A stretch of DNA of 64,000 bases, from contig JAUYBI010000045.1 in the NCBI GenBank assembly GCA_030693145.1, forward strand, positions 4,591 to 68,590, in the 5' to 3' direction. The notes under the pieces were generated by a model. That model was given only the letters and a program-made list of their open reading frames with translations, did not search any database and was not told where the DNA came from. The translations under genes were made by a program, and so were the position numbers. Source of the DNA: Candidatus Omnitrophota bacterium. Lineage in GTDB: Bacteria > Omnitrophota > Gorgyraeia > Gygaellales > Profunditerraquicolaceae. The first letter of the stretch is position 1; the number at the start of each line of letters is the position of its first letter. Below are positions 51,203-62,746 of this stretch, piece by piece.

Positions 51203-51260
51203 TCCCCCTCGCGGGAGCTCGGGGTCATTTTTCCCCAAGCGCCGGAGGCTGGGGAAAAAT
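51203..51260 (+). repeat. Third copy of the 58-nt structured 5'-leader repeat, upstream of rny
   Basis: Identical to the units at 38201 and 38261, and it ends 8 nt before the GAGGGAGG SD of rny. Confidence 0.9.
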
Positions 51261-51275
51261 GAGGGAGGAAGAGAA

Positions 51276-52832
51276 ATGATTTTTAACATAGTGGTGCCCA
51301 TCTTTGTTGCCCTGGTCGCCGCATATTGCGGCTATTTCCTAAGAAAGTATATCGCAGAGAAAAGAGTAAAAAGTGCCGAACTGCAAGCTGAGCATATCCT
51401 GGAGGTAGCCAAAAAAGATGTTTTGGATAAGCGCCGGGAAGCAGAGTTAGAAGCCAAGGATCTTTTGTATCGTATGCGCCAGGATTTTGAGCGCGAGATT
51501 AAAGATCGCAGGCTGGAGATTGTTAATCTTGAAAGAAGATTAACCCAGAAAGAAGAAAATATCGACCGCCGGATCGATCTGGTTGAGAAAAAAGAAAAAG
51601 AGACCGAGGTGCGCAATGATAATCTTAAGAAGCAGGAAGAATCTTTAAAGTCAAAAGAGAACCAATTGCAGGCTTTGATTGCCGAAGAAAAAGAGCGCCT
51701 GCAGAAGATTTCCTCTTTATCCGCGGAAGAAGCAAAGCAAATTCTTCTGGGCCGTTTGAATGAAGAATTAAATAATGAAAAGGCGGTATTTATTCGGCGC
51801 CAAGAAGAAGAGGTGCGCAGTATCGCGGATAAGAAGGCCCGCGAAATTTTAAGTTTAGCTATTCAACGCTGCGCAGCAGAGCATACCGTAGAATCAACTG
51901 TCAGCGTGGTGACCTTGCCTAATGATGAGATGAAGGGCCGGATCATCGGCCGGGAAGGAAGAAATATCCGGGCATTAGAGATGGCCACCGGGGTAGATGT
52001 GATTATTGATGATACGCCCGGAGCGGTTACTTTGTCCGGGTTTGATGCTGTGCGGCGGGAGATTGCCCGCCTGAGTTTAGAGAAACTTATTTCTGATGGA
52101 AGAATTCATCCCGGACGGATTGAAGAAATTGTGGAAAAGACCAAGAAAGAAATGGATGAGAAGATCCGCGAGGAGGGGGAGCGAGCTGCTTTTGAGGCAG
52201 GGGTTAATGGCTTGCATCCGGAGATAATCAAGCTTTTAGGCCGGCTTAAGTATCGCACCAGCTATGGCCAGAATGCTTTGCAACATTCCAAAGAAGTTTC
52301 TTTTTTATTGGGAATTATGGCTTCAGAGTTAGGCCTGGATTTTAAGCTTGGCCGGAGAATCGGGCTCCTGCATGATATTGGTAAAGCCGTGGATCATCAG
52401 GTCGAAGGTACGCATGCTAAACTGGGTGCGGATTTGGCTAAGAAATATAATGAAAGCGCTGAGGTGGTCGCTGCGGTTGAATCGCATCATGAAGAGTCGC
52501 CTGCGCAGAGTATGTACGCGGTTTTAGCCATTGCTGCTGATGCGGTGAGCGCCGCCCGCCCCGGGGCCAGAAGGGAAACACTGGAGATATATGTTAAGCG
52601 CTTGGATAAACTGGAATCTATTGCTAATCTTTTTAAGGGAGTAGAAAAATCTTTTGCCATTCAGGCCGGTCGAGAGATCCGGGTAATTGTGCAGCCGGAG
52701 AAAATAAACGATTCTGAAGCAGTGACCATGTGCAGGGATATACGTAAGAAGATTGAAGAGGGGATGGAGTATCCCGGACAGATCAAGGTTACAGTCATCC
52801 GTGAGATGCGTACGATTGAGTATGCTAAGTAA
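51276..52832 (+). CDS. rny: Ribonuclease Y
   Basis: The protein has an N-terminal TM helix ([21 protein letters not shown]), a coiled coil, KH and HD domains ([11 protein letters not shown]). The start is at 51276, after the SD. Confidence 0.9.
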   Translation: MIFNIVVPIFVALVAAYCGYFLRKYIAEKRVKSAELQAEHILEVAKKDVLDKRREAELEAKDLLYRMRQDFEREIKDRRLEIVNLERRLTQKEENIDRRIDLVEKKEKETEVRNDNLKKQEESLKSKENQLQALIAEEKERLQKISSLSAEEAKQILLGRLNEELNNEKAVFIRRQEEEVRSIADKKAREILSLAIQRCAAEHTVESTVSVVTLPNDEMKGRIIGREGRNIRALEMATGVDVIIDDTPGAVTLSGFDAVRREIARLSLEKLISDGRIHPGRIEEIVEKTKKEMDEKIREEGERAAFEAGVNGLHPEIIKLLGRLKYRTSYGQNALQHSKEVSFLLGIMASELGLDFKLGRRIGLLHDIGKAVDHQVEGTHAKLGADLAKKYNESAEVVAAVESHHEESPAQSMYAVLAIAADAVSAARPGARRETLEIYVKRLDKLESIANLFKGVEKSFAIQAGREIRVIVQPEKINDSEAVTMCRDIRKKIEEGMEYPGQIKVTVIREMRTIEYAK

Positions 52833-52895
52833 ATTCCCGCTTGCGCGGGAATGACGAATATAAGCATAGGTATCTTTAAATATACGAGGTCAACT

Positions 52896-53681
52896 ATGAA
52901 AATACTTTTTATCGGAGATATTGTCGGCAGCCCGGGCAGAGAGGCAATGCAAAGGCTGGTTGCCCCTCTTAAACAGGAATTAGGAATTGATTTTGTAATT
53001 GCTAATGCCGAAAATGCCTCCGGCGGCTCAGGGATTACTTCTAAGGTGGCAGATGAACTTTTTGTTTCCGGAGCGGATGTGCTTACTTCCGGAGATCATA
53101 TCTGGAAGAAACCTGAGATTTTCGAGCTGATTAACCGGGAAGAAAGAATTTTACGGCCGTTAAACTTTCCCAGCGGGGCACCGGGCCGCGGCGCAAGCGT
53201 GTTTATTGCCCAAAATGGAGTTAAGGTAGGAGTGATTAATATTAATGGCCGGGTTTTTATGGAGGCGCTGGATTGTCCTTTTAAAGCCGCGCTTAAGGCT
53301 GCCGGGGAATTGGCAGTAGAAACTAAAGTAATTATCGTAGATATACATGCGGAAGCTACCTCTGAAAAAATAGCTTTAGGAAGGTATTTGGACGGTAAAG
53401 TTTCCGCTATTTTTGGTACACATACGCATATTCAGACTGCTGATGAAAAGATCCTCCCCCAAGGTACTGCCTATATAACCGATGTGGGGATGACTGGCCC
53501 TTATGATTCGGTGATTGGCAGAAGGGTAGAGGATGTGCTTACCCGTTTTTTAAGCTCTATTCCGGTTAGATTCCAAGTTGCCGAAGGAGATATCCAATTA
53601 CATGGTGCGCTTGTAGAAATAGACGAAGTTACCGGTAAGGCGCGCTCGATTTTAAGAATTCAGAAAAAATTAGATGATTAA
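52896..53681 (+). CDS. ymdB: 2',3'-cyclic-nucleotide 2'-phosphodiesterase YmdB (TIGR00282 metallophosphoesterase)
   Basis: MKILFIGDIVGSPGR...ANAENASGG, in the canonical position downstream of rny. Confidence 0.85.
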   Translation: MKILFIGDIVGSPGREAMQRLVAPLKQELGIDFVIANAENASGGSGITSKVADELFVSGADVLTSGDHIWKKPEIFELINREERILRPLNFPSGAPGRGASVFIAQNGVKVGVININGRVFMEALDCPFKAALKAAGELAVETKVIIVDIHAEATSEKIALGRYLDGKVSAIFGTHTHIQTADEKILPQGTAYITDVGMTGPYDSVIGRRVEDVLTRFLSSIPVRFQVAEGDIQLHGALVEIDEVTGKARSILRIQKKLDD

Positions 53682-55485
53682 AAAACTGCCGGTTATCTTA
53701 GGTGGGGTTTTGTTATGTTTAGTCTTTTTTTTGTCCTTTTCTCTGGCAGCTTCTTTTGCTCAGATCCCGGAAGAGTTAGAGTTTAGTCTAGACCTGAATT
53801 CTCCTGTAGTCAGCCTTCCGCATATATATAAATCTAGTGTGGATTTAAGCGGCCGGGGCAAGCAACGTGATTTAACCTCCCCGCAAACACTGGCTTCCGG
53901 CGATGCCTTGGCTGCCTGGCAGGCGGATTTAGGTTTCCGTAATTTCTACCGTATTCAATACAATCTTTGGGAGATCCAGCGGCTAGTTAACGACCAAGCC
54001 TCCTACCAGAAACTCCTGAGTAACTATGAAGAGATAATCAAAAAAATAAGTGACAGCGGAGGGACGGTAATTTTAGATTTATTCGGCACTCCTGATGGTT
54101 TAGGCGCGGTGCTGGATAAAAATAGCGCTCCTCGCAATTTAAAAATATATAAAGAATTAGTTAAGAATACGATTCGTAAATTTAGTTGCGAGAAAAAATA
54201 TAATATTTGGTATGAAGTTTGGAATGCCCCGGATCTCGGAGATTTCTTTTTGGGGGGGCGGTCAGAGTATTTTAATCTTTATCGTGTCATCGGTGAAGCG
54301 GTAAACGAACTGCGCCGGGAAACAAAAATACATATACCTTTGGGCGGGCCTTCGGTAAGCGCCTGGTTTAGGAATATTGAGCCCAATAATATACTTTCGC
54401 CTGAACGCGGCTTAATCTATGAATTGATAAAATATTGTTATAGTTATCGGCTGCCGCTGGATTTTATCTCCTGGCACGCCTATTCCAGTGATCCGGCAGA
54501 AGAAAAGCAGGATACAATTTATAATAAACCTTTTGTTGAGCTTATCCGCGAGTGGTTGACTTATTTTAAATTCAATAGCAATATTCCATTGTTGGTTGAT
54601 GAATGGAGTTTTGACGGCTCCGCGAATATTTTAGCCGAAAGAGATAAATTTGCGCATATCTCTGCCAGCTATATTCCGGGGCGTCTTAAAAATATGTATG
54701 AAGCCGGAATAGATTATCAGACATATTTCTGTCTTGAGGATTTCGGAGATAATCAGGTTGGGGCAATCAGAAATTTAGGTATTTTTTCATTTGATCCGGC
54801 TCGTCCGGAAAATAAGGGATATGCTAAAGCTAATTATAATGTTTGGCGAATGTTCGGCGCGCTGGGCCAGGATTTGTTTACTGCCAAATTTAGCGATGAA
54901 TTTGTGGGAGTAATTTCTACTAAGTCGCGGGATTATTTTGCCGTACTTATTTACAACTATATTGATCCGCAAGCGGCCATGAATTATATCTCTCATAATA
55001 TAGTTTATTTAAATAGCGCGGAACAAAAGGCAATTTTAAGCATTGTTAAATCTGATCGCATGAAAAAGATTATCGCCGGCCAGCTAAACCTGGCTACTTT
55101 GCGGCTAAGCGTTAAAACTAAAGGGATGCTTGGCCGCGCCATAGAATTAAATAGTTTAGCCAATAAATTTTCGACAATGAATCGGAAGATCAAAGTTTCT
55201 TTAAAAGGCATTAAAGATATCTACGCCTTGAGCAAATATGTGATGGATAGTAACTGTAGCCGAAATTGCGAATTTAAACCCAGTGTTGAAAAAGACGTTA
55301 ATTTTAATCAAGATTATGTTGAGGCCATGGAATTAACTCCTTATTCAGTTCAGTTATTAATTTTTAAGAAGAAGCCTGCGGAGGTAAAACCCGTTGAAGT
55401 TAAGCCTGAAGAGAAGCCTGCGGAGGTAAAACCCGTTGAAGTTAAGCCTGCGATTAAAGAGACAAACAATGCAGAAAATAAATAA
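53674..55485 (+). CDS. Secreted putative glycoside hydrolase (clan GH-A TIM-barrel-like) with a C-terminal K/P/E/V tandem repeat
   Basis: The protein has a signal peptide and the acid/base-like and nucleophile-like motifs VWNAPD and VDEWSF. A 42-nt tandem duplication at 55372-55449 encodes (KPAEVKPVEVKPEE)x2. Confidence 0.35.
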   Translation: MIKKLPVILGGVLLCLVFFLSFSLAASFAQIPEELEFSLDLNSPVVSLPHIYKSSVDLSGRGKQRDLTSPQTLASGDALAAWQADLGFRNFYRIQYNLWEIQRLVNDQASYQKLLSNYEEIIKKISDSGGTVILDLFGTPDGLGAVLDKNSAPRNLKIYKELVKNTIRKFSCEKKYNIWYEVWNAPDLGDFFLGGRSEYFNLYRVIGEAVNELRRETKIHIPLGGPSVSAWFRNIEPNNILSPERGLIYELIKYCYSYRLPLDFISWHAYSSDPAEEKQDTIYNKPFVELIREWLTYFKFNSNIPLLVDEWSFDGSANILAERDKFAHISASYIPGRLKNMYEAGIDYQTYFCLEDFGDNQVGAIRNLGIFSFDPARPENKGYAKANYNVWRMFGALGQDLFTAKFSDEFVGVISTKSRDYFAVLIYNYIDPQAAMNYISHNIVYLNSAEQKAILSIVKSDRMKKIIAGQLNLATLRLSVKTKGMLGRAIELNSLANKFSTMNRKIKVSLKGIKDIYALSKYVMDSNCSRNCEFKPSVEKDVNFNQDYVEAMELTPYSVQLLIFKKKPAEVKPVEVKPEEKPAEVKPVEVKPAIKETNNAENK

Positions 55486-56692
55486 ACATATTTACACTGT
55501 TTCTGAAATTACTCAAGTGATTAAGGGTTTACTTGAGGAGAAGGTTGGCGAGATTTGGCTGGAAGGTGAAATCTCTAACTTTAAAGCTGCTACCAGCGGG
55601 CATTTTTATTTCTCACTTAAAGATCAAGGAGCGCTTATTCTGGGGGCGATGTTTGCTCACGCTAATAAAGGATTAAAATTTAAGCTGGAGGATGGCCTAA
55701 AGGTTATTTGTTTTGGTAAGGTTGATGTTTATGGGCCGCGCGGACAATATCAGATTATTGTCGAGAGAATTCAACCCCAAGGAGTCGGCGCGCAACAATT
55801 AGCCTTTGAACAATTAAAGAAAAAATTAGATCAAGAAGGCCTGTTTGATGCCAGCCGTAAAAAGCCGCTGCCTCAAATGCCTTTTGCGGTGGGGATAGTT
55901 ACTTCTAGCCGGGGAGCGGCAGTTCGTGATATTCTGCAGATTCTTAAAAAAGGCGCATCTGGTGTGGATGTGATCTTGCGTTCTGTGCGCGTGCAGGGCG
56001 AGCAGGCAGCCGGTGAAATCGCCCAGGCTATAGCGGACCTGAATAATCTTAAAAATTTAGATTTAATTATTGTCAGCCGGGGGGGAGGCAGTACCGAGGA
56101 CCTCTGGTCATTTAATGAGGAGATTGTGGCGCGGGCAATTTATAATTCCAGGCTTCCGGTTATCTCCGCGGTAGGCCATCAGATTAATACCACTTTATCG
56201 GATTTAGTGGCGGATGTTTTCGTAGAGACGCCATCCGCGGCAGCGAAGATGATTGTGGATAAAAAGAATGCTTTATTGGCCCAGTTGGCCGGGTTTAGGT
56301 ATGAGCTGGATCTTTCCATTAACAATACAATCAGTGGTTTAAAAAATAAGCTTACTGCTTTTACGCATATGCTTAAAAGCCCGCAAGATCATTTATATGA
56401 AAAACAGCAGCAAATAGATGAATTATTTTCCGGATTAAATTACAATATGCGGCATGCTTTAGAGCTGGCGGCCCAGCGCTCCAGCGCCTTAATTCAAAGG
56501 CTGGAAGCATTGAGCCCGCTATCGATTTTATCCCGTGGCTATAGTTTAAGCGTGCTAATGAGCCAAGGCGCAATCGTCAAAGACGCCTGCATGATAAAAT
56601 CGGGAGATAAACTAAAAACAGTTTTACATAAAGGCGCTTTTACCAGCGCCGTTTTGGAGGTATTCGGCGATGAAAGAAAAAACTTTATTTGA
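55469..56692 (+). CDS. xseA: Exodeoxyribonuclease VII large subunit
   Basis: The protein has an OB-fold N-terminus (YTVSEITQVIKGLLEE...WLEGEISNF) and lies directly upstream of xseB. The start is taken at the internal ATG at 55469. Confidence 0.88.
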   Translation: MQKINKHIYTVSEITQVIKGLLEEKVGEIWLEGEISNFKAATSGHFYFSLKDQGALILGAMFAHANKGLKFKLEDGLKVICFGKVDVYGPRGQYQIIVERIQPQGVGAQQLAFEQLKKKLDQEGLFDASRKKPLPQMPFAVGIVTSSRGAAVRDILQILKKGASGVDVILRSVRVQGEQAAGEIAQAIADLNNLKNLDLIIVSRGGGSTEDLWSFNEEIVARAIYNSRLPVISAVGHQINTTLSDLVADVFVETPSAAAKMIVDKKNALLAQLAGFRYELDLSINNTISGLKNKLTAFTHMLKSPQDHLYEKQQQIDELFSGLNYNMRHALELAAQRSSALIQRLEALSPLSILSRGYSLSVLMSQGAIVKDACMIKSGDKLKTVLHKGAFTSAVLEVFGDERKNFI

Positions 56693-56909
56693 GGAAGATT
56701 TAAAAAAATTGCAGAAGATTGTTGAGGAGCTCTCTAGCGGAAAAATTACTTTAGGCGAGTCGCTAAAAAAATATGAAGAAGGGGTTAAAATTGCGCAATC
56801 TTGTTCCGCGACCTTAGCGGAGGCGCAACGCAAAGTAGAGCTGTTGATGAAAAAAGACGGTAAAATTTCTTTAGAAAAATTTGACGACGCCGATACGGAA
56901 GAGAAATAA
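56670..56909 (+). CDS. xseB: Exodeoxyribonuclease VII small subunit
   Basis: A 79-aa helical protein that overlaps the xseA end. Confidence 0.85.
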   Translation: MKEKTLFEEDLKKLQKIVEELSSGKITLGESLKKYEEGVKIAQSCSATLAEAQRKVELLMKKDGKISLEKFDDADTEEK

Positions 56910-56912
56910 AAT

Positions 56913-58778
56913 ATGTTTTTAGAAAAAATAAATTCACCTCTGGATTTAAAAAAATTAAGTTTAGAACAGCTGGGTTGCCTGAGCGCGGAGATTCGCCAGA
57001 GGCTAATCGAGGTTGTTTCTCAAACCGGCGGGCATTTGGCTTCCAGCCTGGGGGCTGTCGAGTTAATCATAGCTTTGCACTATTGCCTGGATACCCCCAA
57101 AGATAAAATTATTTTTGATGTGGGGCATCAGGCTTACGCGCATAAAATAATCACCGGACGCAACCACAATTTTTCCACACTTAGGCAGTATCAGGGATTA
57201 AGCGGTTTTCCTTCAAAAGATGAGTCCGTTTATGATCCCTTTACTTCCGGCCACAGCTCGAGCGCCGTTTCTTTAGGCTTAGGGCTTGCCTGCGCCAGGG
57301 ATTTTTTACCTAAAGCGGAGCAATTTAAGGTTGTCTGTGTGATTGGGGATGGATCTTTAAGCGGCGGCCTTTGTTTTGAAGGCCTAAACAATACCGGACA
57401 TTTGAAAAAAGACATTTTAGTGGTTTTAAACACCAATGAATTAAGTATCGCTCCGAATGTGGGGGCGATTAGTAATTATTTGAATAAAATCATTTCTTTG
57501 CCGGTGTATAACCGTTTTCATGATAATGTGGAGAATTTTTTAAAAACCCGTGTTCCGCGCGGCAGCCGCCTGATAAAACTTATGAATAAGTTTGAAGAAG
57601 GATTAAAGGGGTTATTTGTCCCGGGTATGTTGTTCGAAGAACTGGGATTCCGCTATTTTGGCCCTATTGACGGGCACGATTTAAGCGCCTTAACTTCTAC
57701 GCTAAAAAATATCCTGGAAATTAAAGGCCCCCGCCTTTTGCATATCGTGACCAAAAAAGGCAAGGGCTGCTTGTTTGCTGAAAAAGATCCGGTAAAGTTC
57801 CATGGGATCAGCCACTTTGATATCCATACGGGTGAAGTGGTGATTAAGAAATCTTCACCGGGAGTAAAAAGCTATACGGATATATTTCGTGATAAAATAG
57901 CGCAGTTGGCCCAAAGCGATAAGCGGATTGTGGCGATTACTGCCGCCATGCCGGAGGGAACAGGTTTGGATAAATTCCGGGATTGTTTCCCGGAAAGATT
58001 TTTTGATTGCGGTATTGCTGAAGCCCATGCGGTCTGTTTTGCTGCCGGGCTGGCCAAGCAGGGGTTTAAGCCGGTAGTAGCGGTATATTCTACATTCCTG
58101 CAGCGCGCGTATGACCAGATTATTCAGGATGTCGCGTTACAAGGGTTACCGGTAATATTTGCCATTGACCGGGCGGGAATTGTGGGGGAAGATGGAGTTA
58201 CCCATCAAGGTATATTTGATATTGCTTATTTAAGGAGTATCCCGAATTTGGTCGTCATGGCTCCCGGGGATGGCCGGGAACTGGAGCAGATGCTAGAGCT
58301 TGCTTTGCAGTTAGATAAGCCGGTAGCCATAAGATATCCTCGCGCAGAGGTTTCTTTGGAAGGAGATCTTACATCCCCTTTGAAATTAGGGCAGGGGCAA
58401 CTAATTAAAGAGGGCAAGGATTTTACCGTTATTGCTTTAGGCAGCATGGTTGGCGAGGCCAAGAAAGCCTTGGAGATATTAAATCTGGAAGGGTTATCCG
58501 GAAGTCTAATCAACGCCCGGTTTGTCGCGCCGCTGGATATGGAATTAATTAAAAGAGTTTGCGGGGAGACAAAATTTATTTTTACCATTGAAGAAGGGAT
58601 AAGGGATGCGGGTTTTGGCAGTGCTGTTGCCGGGCAGTTAAACAAGCCGGTGGAACGTATCGGCCTGCCATTTGAATTTATCCCGCATGGCGCCAGAGGG
58701 TTACTTTTGGAAAAATATAAGCTTACGGCTAGCGGGATCGCCGCGAATATTCGCCAGGTGATAAAAAATAATGGCTAA
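56913..58778 (+). CDS. dxs: 1-deoxy-D-xylulose-5-phosphate synthase
   Basis: The 621-aa protein has a TPP motif (GDGSLSGG) and transketolase-like domains. Confidence 0.93.
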   Translation: MFLEKINSPLDLKKLSLEQLGCLSAEIRQRLIEVVSQTGGHLASSLGAVELIIALHYCLDTPKDKIIFDVGHQAYAHKIITGRNHNFSTLRQYQGLSGFPSKDESVYDPFTSGHSSSAVSLGLGLACARDFLPKAEQFKVVCVIGDGSLSGGLCFEGLNNTGHLKKDILVVLNTNELSIAPNVGAISNYLNKIISLPVYNRFHDNVENFLKTRVPRGSRLIKLMNKFEEGLKGLFVPGMLFEELGFRYFGPIDGHDLSALTSTLKNILEIKGPRLLHIVTKKGKGCLFAEKDPVKFHGISHFDIHTGEVVIKKSSPGVKSYTDIFRDKIAQLAQSDKRIVAITAAMPEGTGLDKFRDCFPERFFDCGIAEAHAVCFAAGLAKQGFKPVVAVYSTFLQRAYDQIIQDVALQGLPVIFAIDRAGIVGEDGVTHQGIFDIAYLRSIPNLVVMAPGDGRELEQMLELALQLDKPVAIRYPRAEVSLEGDLTSPLKLGQGQLIKEGKDFTVIALGSMVGEAKKALEILNLEGLSGSLINARFVAPLDMELIKRVCGETKFIFTIEEGIRDAGFGSAVAGQLNKPVERIGLPFEFIPHGARGLLLEKYKLTASGIAANIRQVIKNNG

Positions 58779-58974
58779 AATTATAATTAATCAGGATAGA
58801 TGCAAGGGTTGTTTTTTATGCGTAAATTTTTGTCCTAAGGGCTTGATTAAGAAAAGCGTAAAATTAAATAAACAGGGCTTGAATTTTGTGGAGTTTGATT
58901 CAAATGGTGAATGTATCGGCTGTATGCAGTGCGCGGTAATTTGTCCGGATTGTTGTATTGAGGTAGATAAATAA
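58771..58974 (+). CDS. 2-oxoacid:ferredoxin oxidoreductase delta subunit (2x[4Fe-4S] ferredoxin)
   Basis: A 67-aa protein with two CxxCxxCxxxCP motifs. Confidence 0.85.
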   Translation: MAKIIINQDRCKGCFLCVNFCPKGLIKKSVKLNKQGLNFVEFDSNGECIGCMQCAVICPDCCIEVDK

Positions 58975-58975
58975 A

Positions 58976-60033
<1,058 letters not shown>

Positions 60034-60037
<4 letters not shown>

Positions 60038-60762
60038 AAAAAACATTTAAACGTTGCCAATCCTTATATGATCTGCCTGCGCATTATTGTCCGGGTTGCG
60101 GACATGGCATTGCGCACCGGCTGGTGGCGGAGGTAGTCCAGGAGTTAGGGATTAGAGAGAAAACTATCGGTATTGCCCCGGTAGGTTGCGCGGTGATGGC
60201 TTATGATTACTGGAATTTTGATTGTTCAGAGGCAGCGCATGGCCGGGCGCTAGCGGTAGCTACTGCTATAAAGAGAGTGCATCCGCAGAATATCGTTTTT
60301 ACTTATCAGGGAGATGGGGATTTAGCGGCGATTGGCACCAACGAGACTATTCATGCGGCAAATCGCGGAGAAAATCTTTCCGTAGTTTTTATCAATAACG
60401 CGGTATATGGCATGACTGGAGGACAGCTTGCTCCCACTACGCTTTTGGGCCAGAAAACCTCTACCTCTATTGAGGGTAGAGAAAAAAAAGCTCACGGTTA
60501 TCCTTTAAAAATCTCTGAGATGCTGGCATTATTGCCGGGCGTCTGCTATATCGAGCGGGTTTCTTTACACAGCCCTCCGGAAGTGTTGAAAGCTAAACGC
60601 GCAATTAAGCAGGCATTTAAAAATCAAATCAACAATTTAGGGTTTTCTTTAGTGGAAATACTTTCTCCCTGCCCGACTTATTGGGGGTTGGCCCCTAAGG
60701 AATCATTGGATTGGATTAGGGATGTTATGCAGAAAGAATTTCCCTTGGGAAGGATTAAATGA
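60034..60762 (+). CDS. 2-oxoacid:ferredoxin oxidoreductase beta subunit (TPP-binding)
   Basis: The 242-aa protein has a Cys motif and the TPP-binding motif GDGD. Confidence 0.88.
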
Positions 60763-61295
60763 TTGAGCGTATAATTATCGCAGGTTCCGGCGGCCAGGGA
60801 GTAATGCTTTTGGGTAAGGTTTTAGCGCAAACCGCTATGCTTGAAGGTAGGCAGGTTAGTTGGTTTCCGGCTTATGGCCCGGAGGTACGCGGAGGGGCCA
60901 GCTACTGTATGGTGACTATTTCTGATTCCGAGATTGGTTCACCTTATATCACCGGAGCGGATACACTTATAATTTTAAATCACCCTTCTTTAGAAAAATT
61001 TATAGGTAAACTCAAAGGAGGAGGGCTGTTGATTCTTAATTCTTCTTTAGCTAAAATTAACGCGCAGGCTAAGATAAAGGTATTAGAATTTCCGTTTACG
61101 GATATTGCCATAAAATTAGGTAACATTAAAGTTGCCAATATGGCAGCATTGGGTTGTTTTGCCGCGGCCAAGAAAATTATAAAGGTTAAAAATATTTTAA
61201 AAGTGTTTAAATCTATCGCTCCCGCCGGTAATTTAAAAATTTTAGAGGTTAATCAGCAGGCCTTAGCAGAAGGGCAGAGATTAAATCATGGTTAG
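60759..61295 (+). CDS. 2-oxoacid:ferredoxin oxidoreductase gamma subunit
   Basis: The 178-aa protein has the motif IAGSGGQGV. Confidence 0.85.
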   Translation: MIERIIIAGSGGQGVMLLGKVLAQTAMLEGRQVSWFPAYGPEVRGGASYCMVTISDSEIGSPYITGADTLIILNHPSLEKFIGKLKGGGLLILNSSLAKINAQAKIKVLEFPFTDIAIKLGNIKVANMAALGCFAAAKKIIKVKNILKVFKSIAPAGNLKILEVNQQALAEGQRLNHG

Positions 61296-62580
61296 GGTTA
61301 GATTTGCACCGAGTCCCACGGGAAATTTGCATATTGGCGGAGGACGTACTGCGTTGTTTAATTGGCTTTTTTCTCAGTCGCAACAAGGCAAGTTCATCTT
61401 AAGGATTGAAGACACGGACAGGGAACGCTCTAAGCAAGAATTCGTCGATGAAATACTCTTGAGCCTTAAGTGGTTGGGTTTTAATTGGGATGAGCTCTAT
61501 TATCAGAGTGAGCGTTTTGGCCGTTATCAACTGCACGCGGATAAATTACTTAAAGCCGGTTTAGCTTATATTGAAAGATCTGAAGGTGGTAAAGAAGCGA
61601 TAATTTATAAGGTTCCCCAGCAAAAGATCCTGGTCAAGGATTTAATCCGCGGACAGATCGAATTTGATTCCTCCTTGATTAAAGATCAGGTTTTAATTAA
61701 ATCCGACGGAACTCCTACCTATAATTTTGCCTGCGTGGTGGATGATGCTGAGATGAATATTACGCATATTATTCGCGGAGATGACCATATCTCTAACACG
61801 CCAAAGCAAGTTCTGCTCTATGAAGCCTTAAAGTTTGAGTTGCCGAAATTTGCGCACCTTCCTTTGATTATGGGGGTGGATGGGGGTAGGCTTTCCAAGA
61901 GGACAGGCGCAACGGCGATTAGTGATTATCGTAAAATGGGATATCTGCCCGAGGCGCTGCTAAATTATCTGTTACTGCTTAGTTGGGCTCCGGGTGAAAA
62001 TCGTGAGCTGGTGAACATCCAAGAGGCAATAAAATTATTTGATATAAAAAACGTGAATAAAACTTCCGCTACCTTTGATTTAAAGAAATTGGATTGGATA
62101 AATAACCAGTATCTTAAAGGTGCTGATCCGGAAAAGCTGGCCGATGAACTTATCCCGCTGCTTGAGGCAAAGAATTATATTCATAAGGATAGCTTTGATC
62201 GCGGGTATCTGTTAGTTTTAATAAAATTATTTCAAGCCAGGCTGCCCCGGCTTAATGATTTTGTAGAATGGGCGGATTTTTTCTTTCTGGATGAACCGGT
62301 AATCGAGCCGGCGGCGAAAGAAAAATATTTAACCGGCGATTTATCCCGGGAATTTAGCCTGTTTGCTCAAAGATTGGATAAGCTGGCCAGTTTTGAGATT
62401 ATTAATATTGAAGACAGCTTTCGGCAGTTAGTGGCAGAGCTGGGTATTGAGGCCAAAAAATTAATTCATCCTATACGCGTTGCTCTTACCGGTAAGACTA
62501 TCGGTCCGGGATTATTTGAGGTAATTTATTACCTGGGAAAAGAGCGCAGCCGCAGGAGGTTATTAAAGTGGGTAAAATAA
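61288..62580 (+). CDS. gltX: Glutamate--tRNA ligase (short form)
   Basis: The class I HIGH motif is represented by RFAPSPTGNLHIGG, and KLSKR is present. Confidence 0.9.
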   Translation: MVRVRFAPSPTGNLHIGGGRTALFNWLFSQSQQGKFILRIEDTDRERSKQEFVDEILLSLKWLGFNWDELYYQSERFGRYQLHADKLLKAGLAYIERSEGGKEAIIYKVPQQKILVKDLIRGQIEFDSSLIKDQVLIKSDGTPTYNFACVVDDAEMNITHIIRGDDHISNTPKQVLLYEALKFELPKFAHLPLIMGVDGGRLSKRTGATAISDYRKMGYLPEALLNYLLLLSWAPGENRELVNIQEAIKLFDIKNVNKTSATFDLKKLDWINNQYLKGADPEKLADELIPLLEAKNYIHKDSFDRGYLLVLIKLFQARLPRLNDFVEWADFFFLDEPVIEPAAKEKYLTGDLSREFSLFAQRLDKLASFEIINIEDSFRQLVAELGIEAKKLIHPIRVALTGKTIGPGLFEVIYYLGKERSRRRLLKWVK

Positions 62581-62667
62581 ATCCAGATTTGGCTTAAAAA
62601 ATATTTTCCGATCACCTTGATATCGTATTTAATTTGTGTTATATTTAATTAGAAATGATAGTTAAAG

Positions 62668-62746
62668 GCAAGGGGTAAACTACCAGCGGGCAGGCAATGC
62701 CCAGAAATAAAGGCCAAGAGAATTTCCCCTTGCTTTTATTTTTTTC
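62668..62746 (+). terminator. Structured 3' element after gltX with a T-run
   Basis: GCAAGGGG (62668-62675) pairs with CCCCTTGC (62726-62733), an internal hairpin GGGCAGGCAATGCCC lies between them, and the run TTTTATTTTTTT follows. The loop is atypically large for an intrinsic terminator. Confidence 0.35.
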
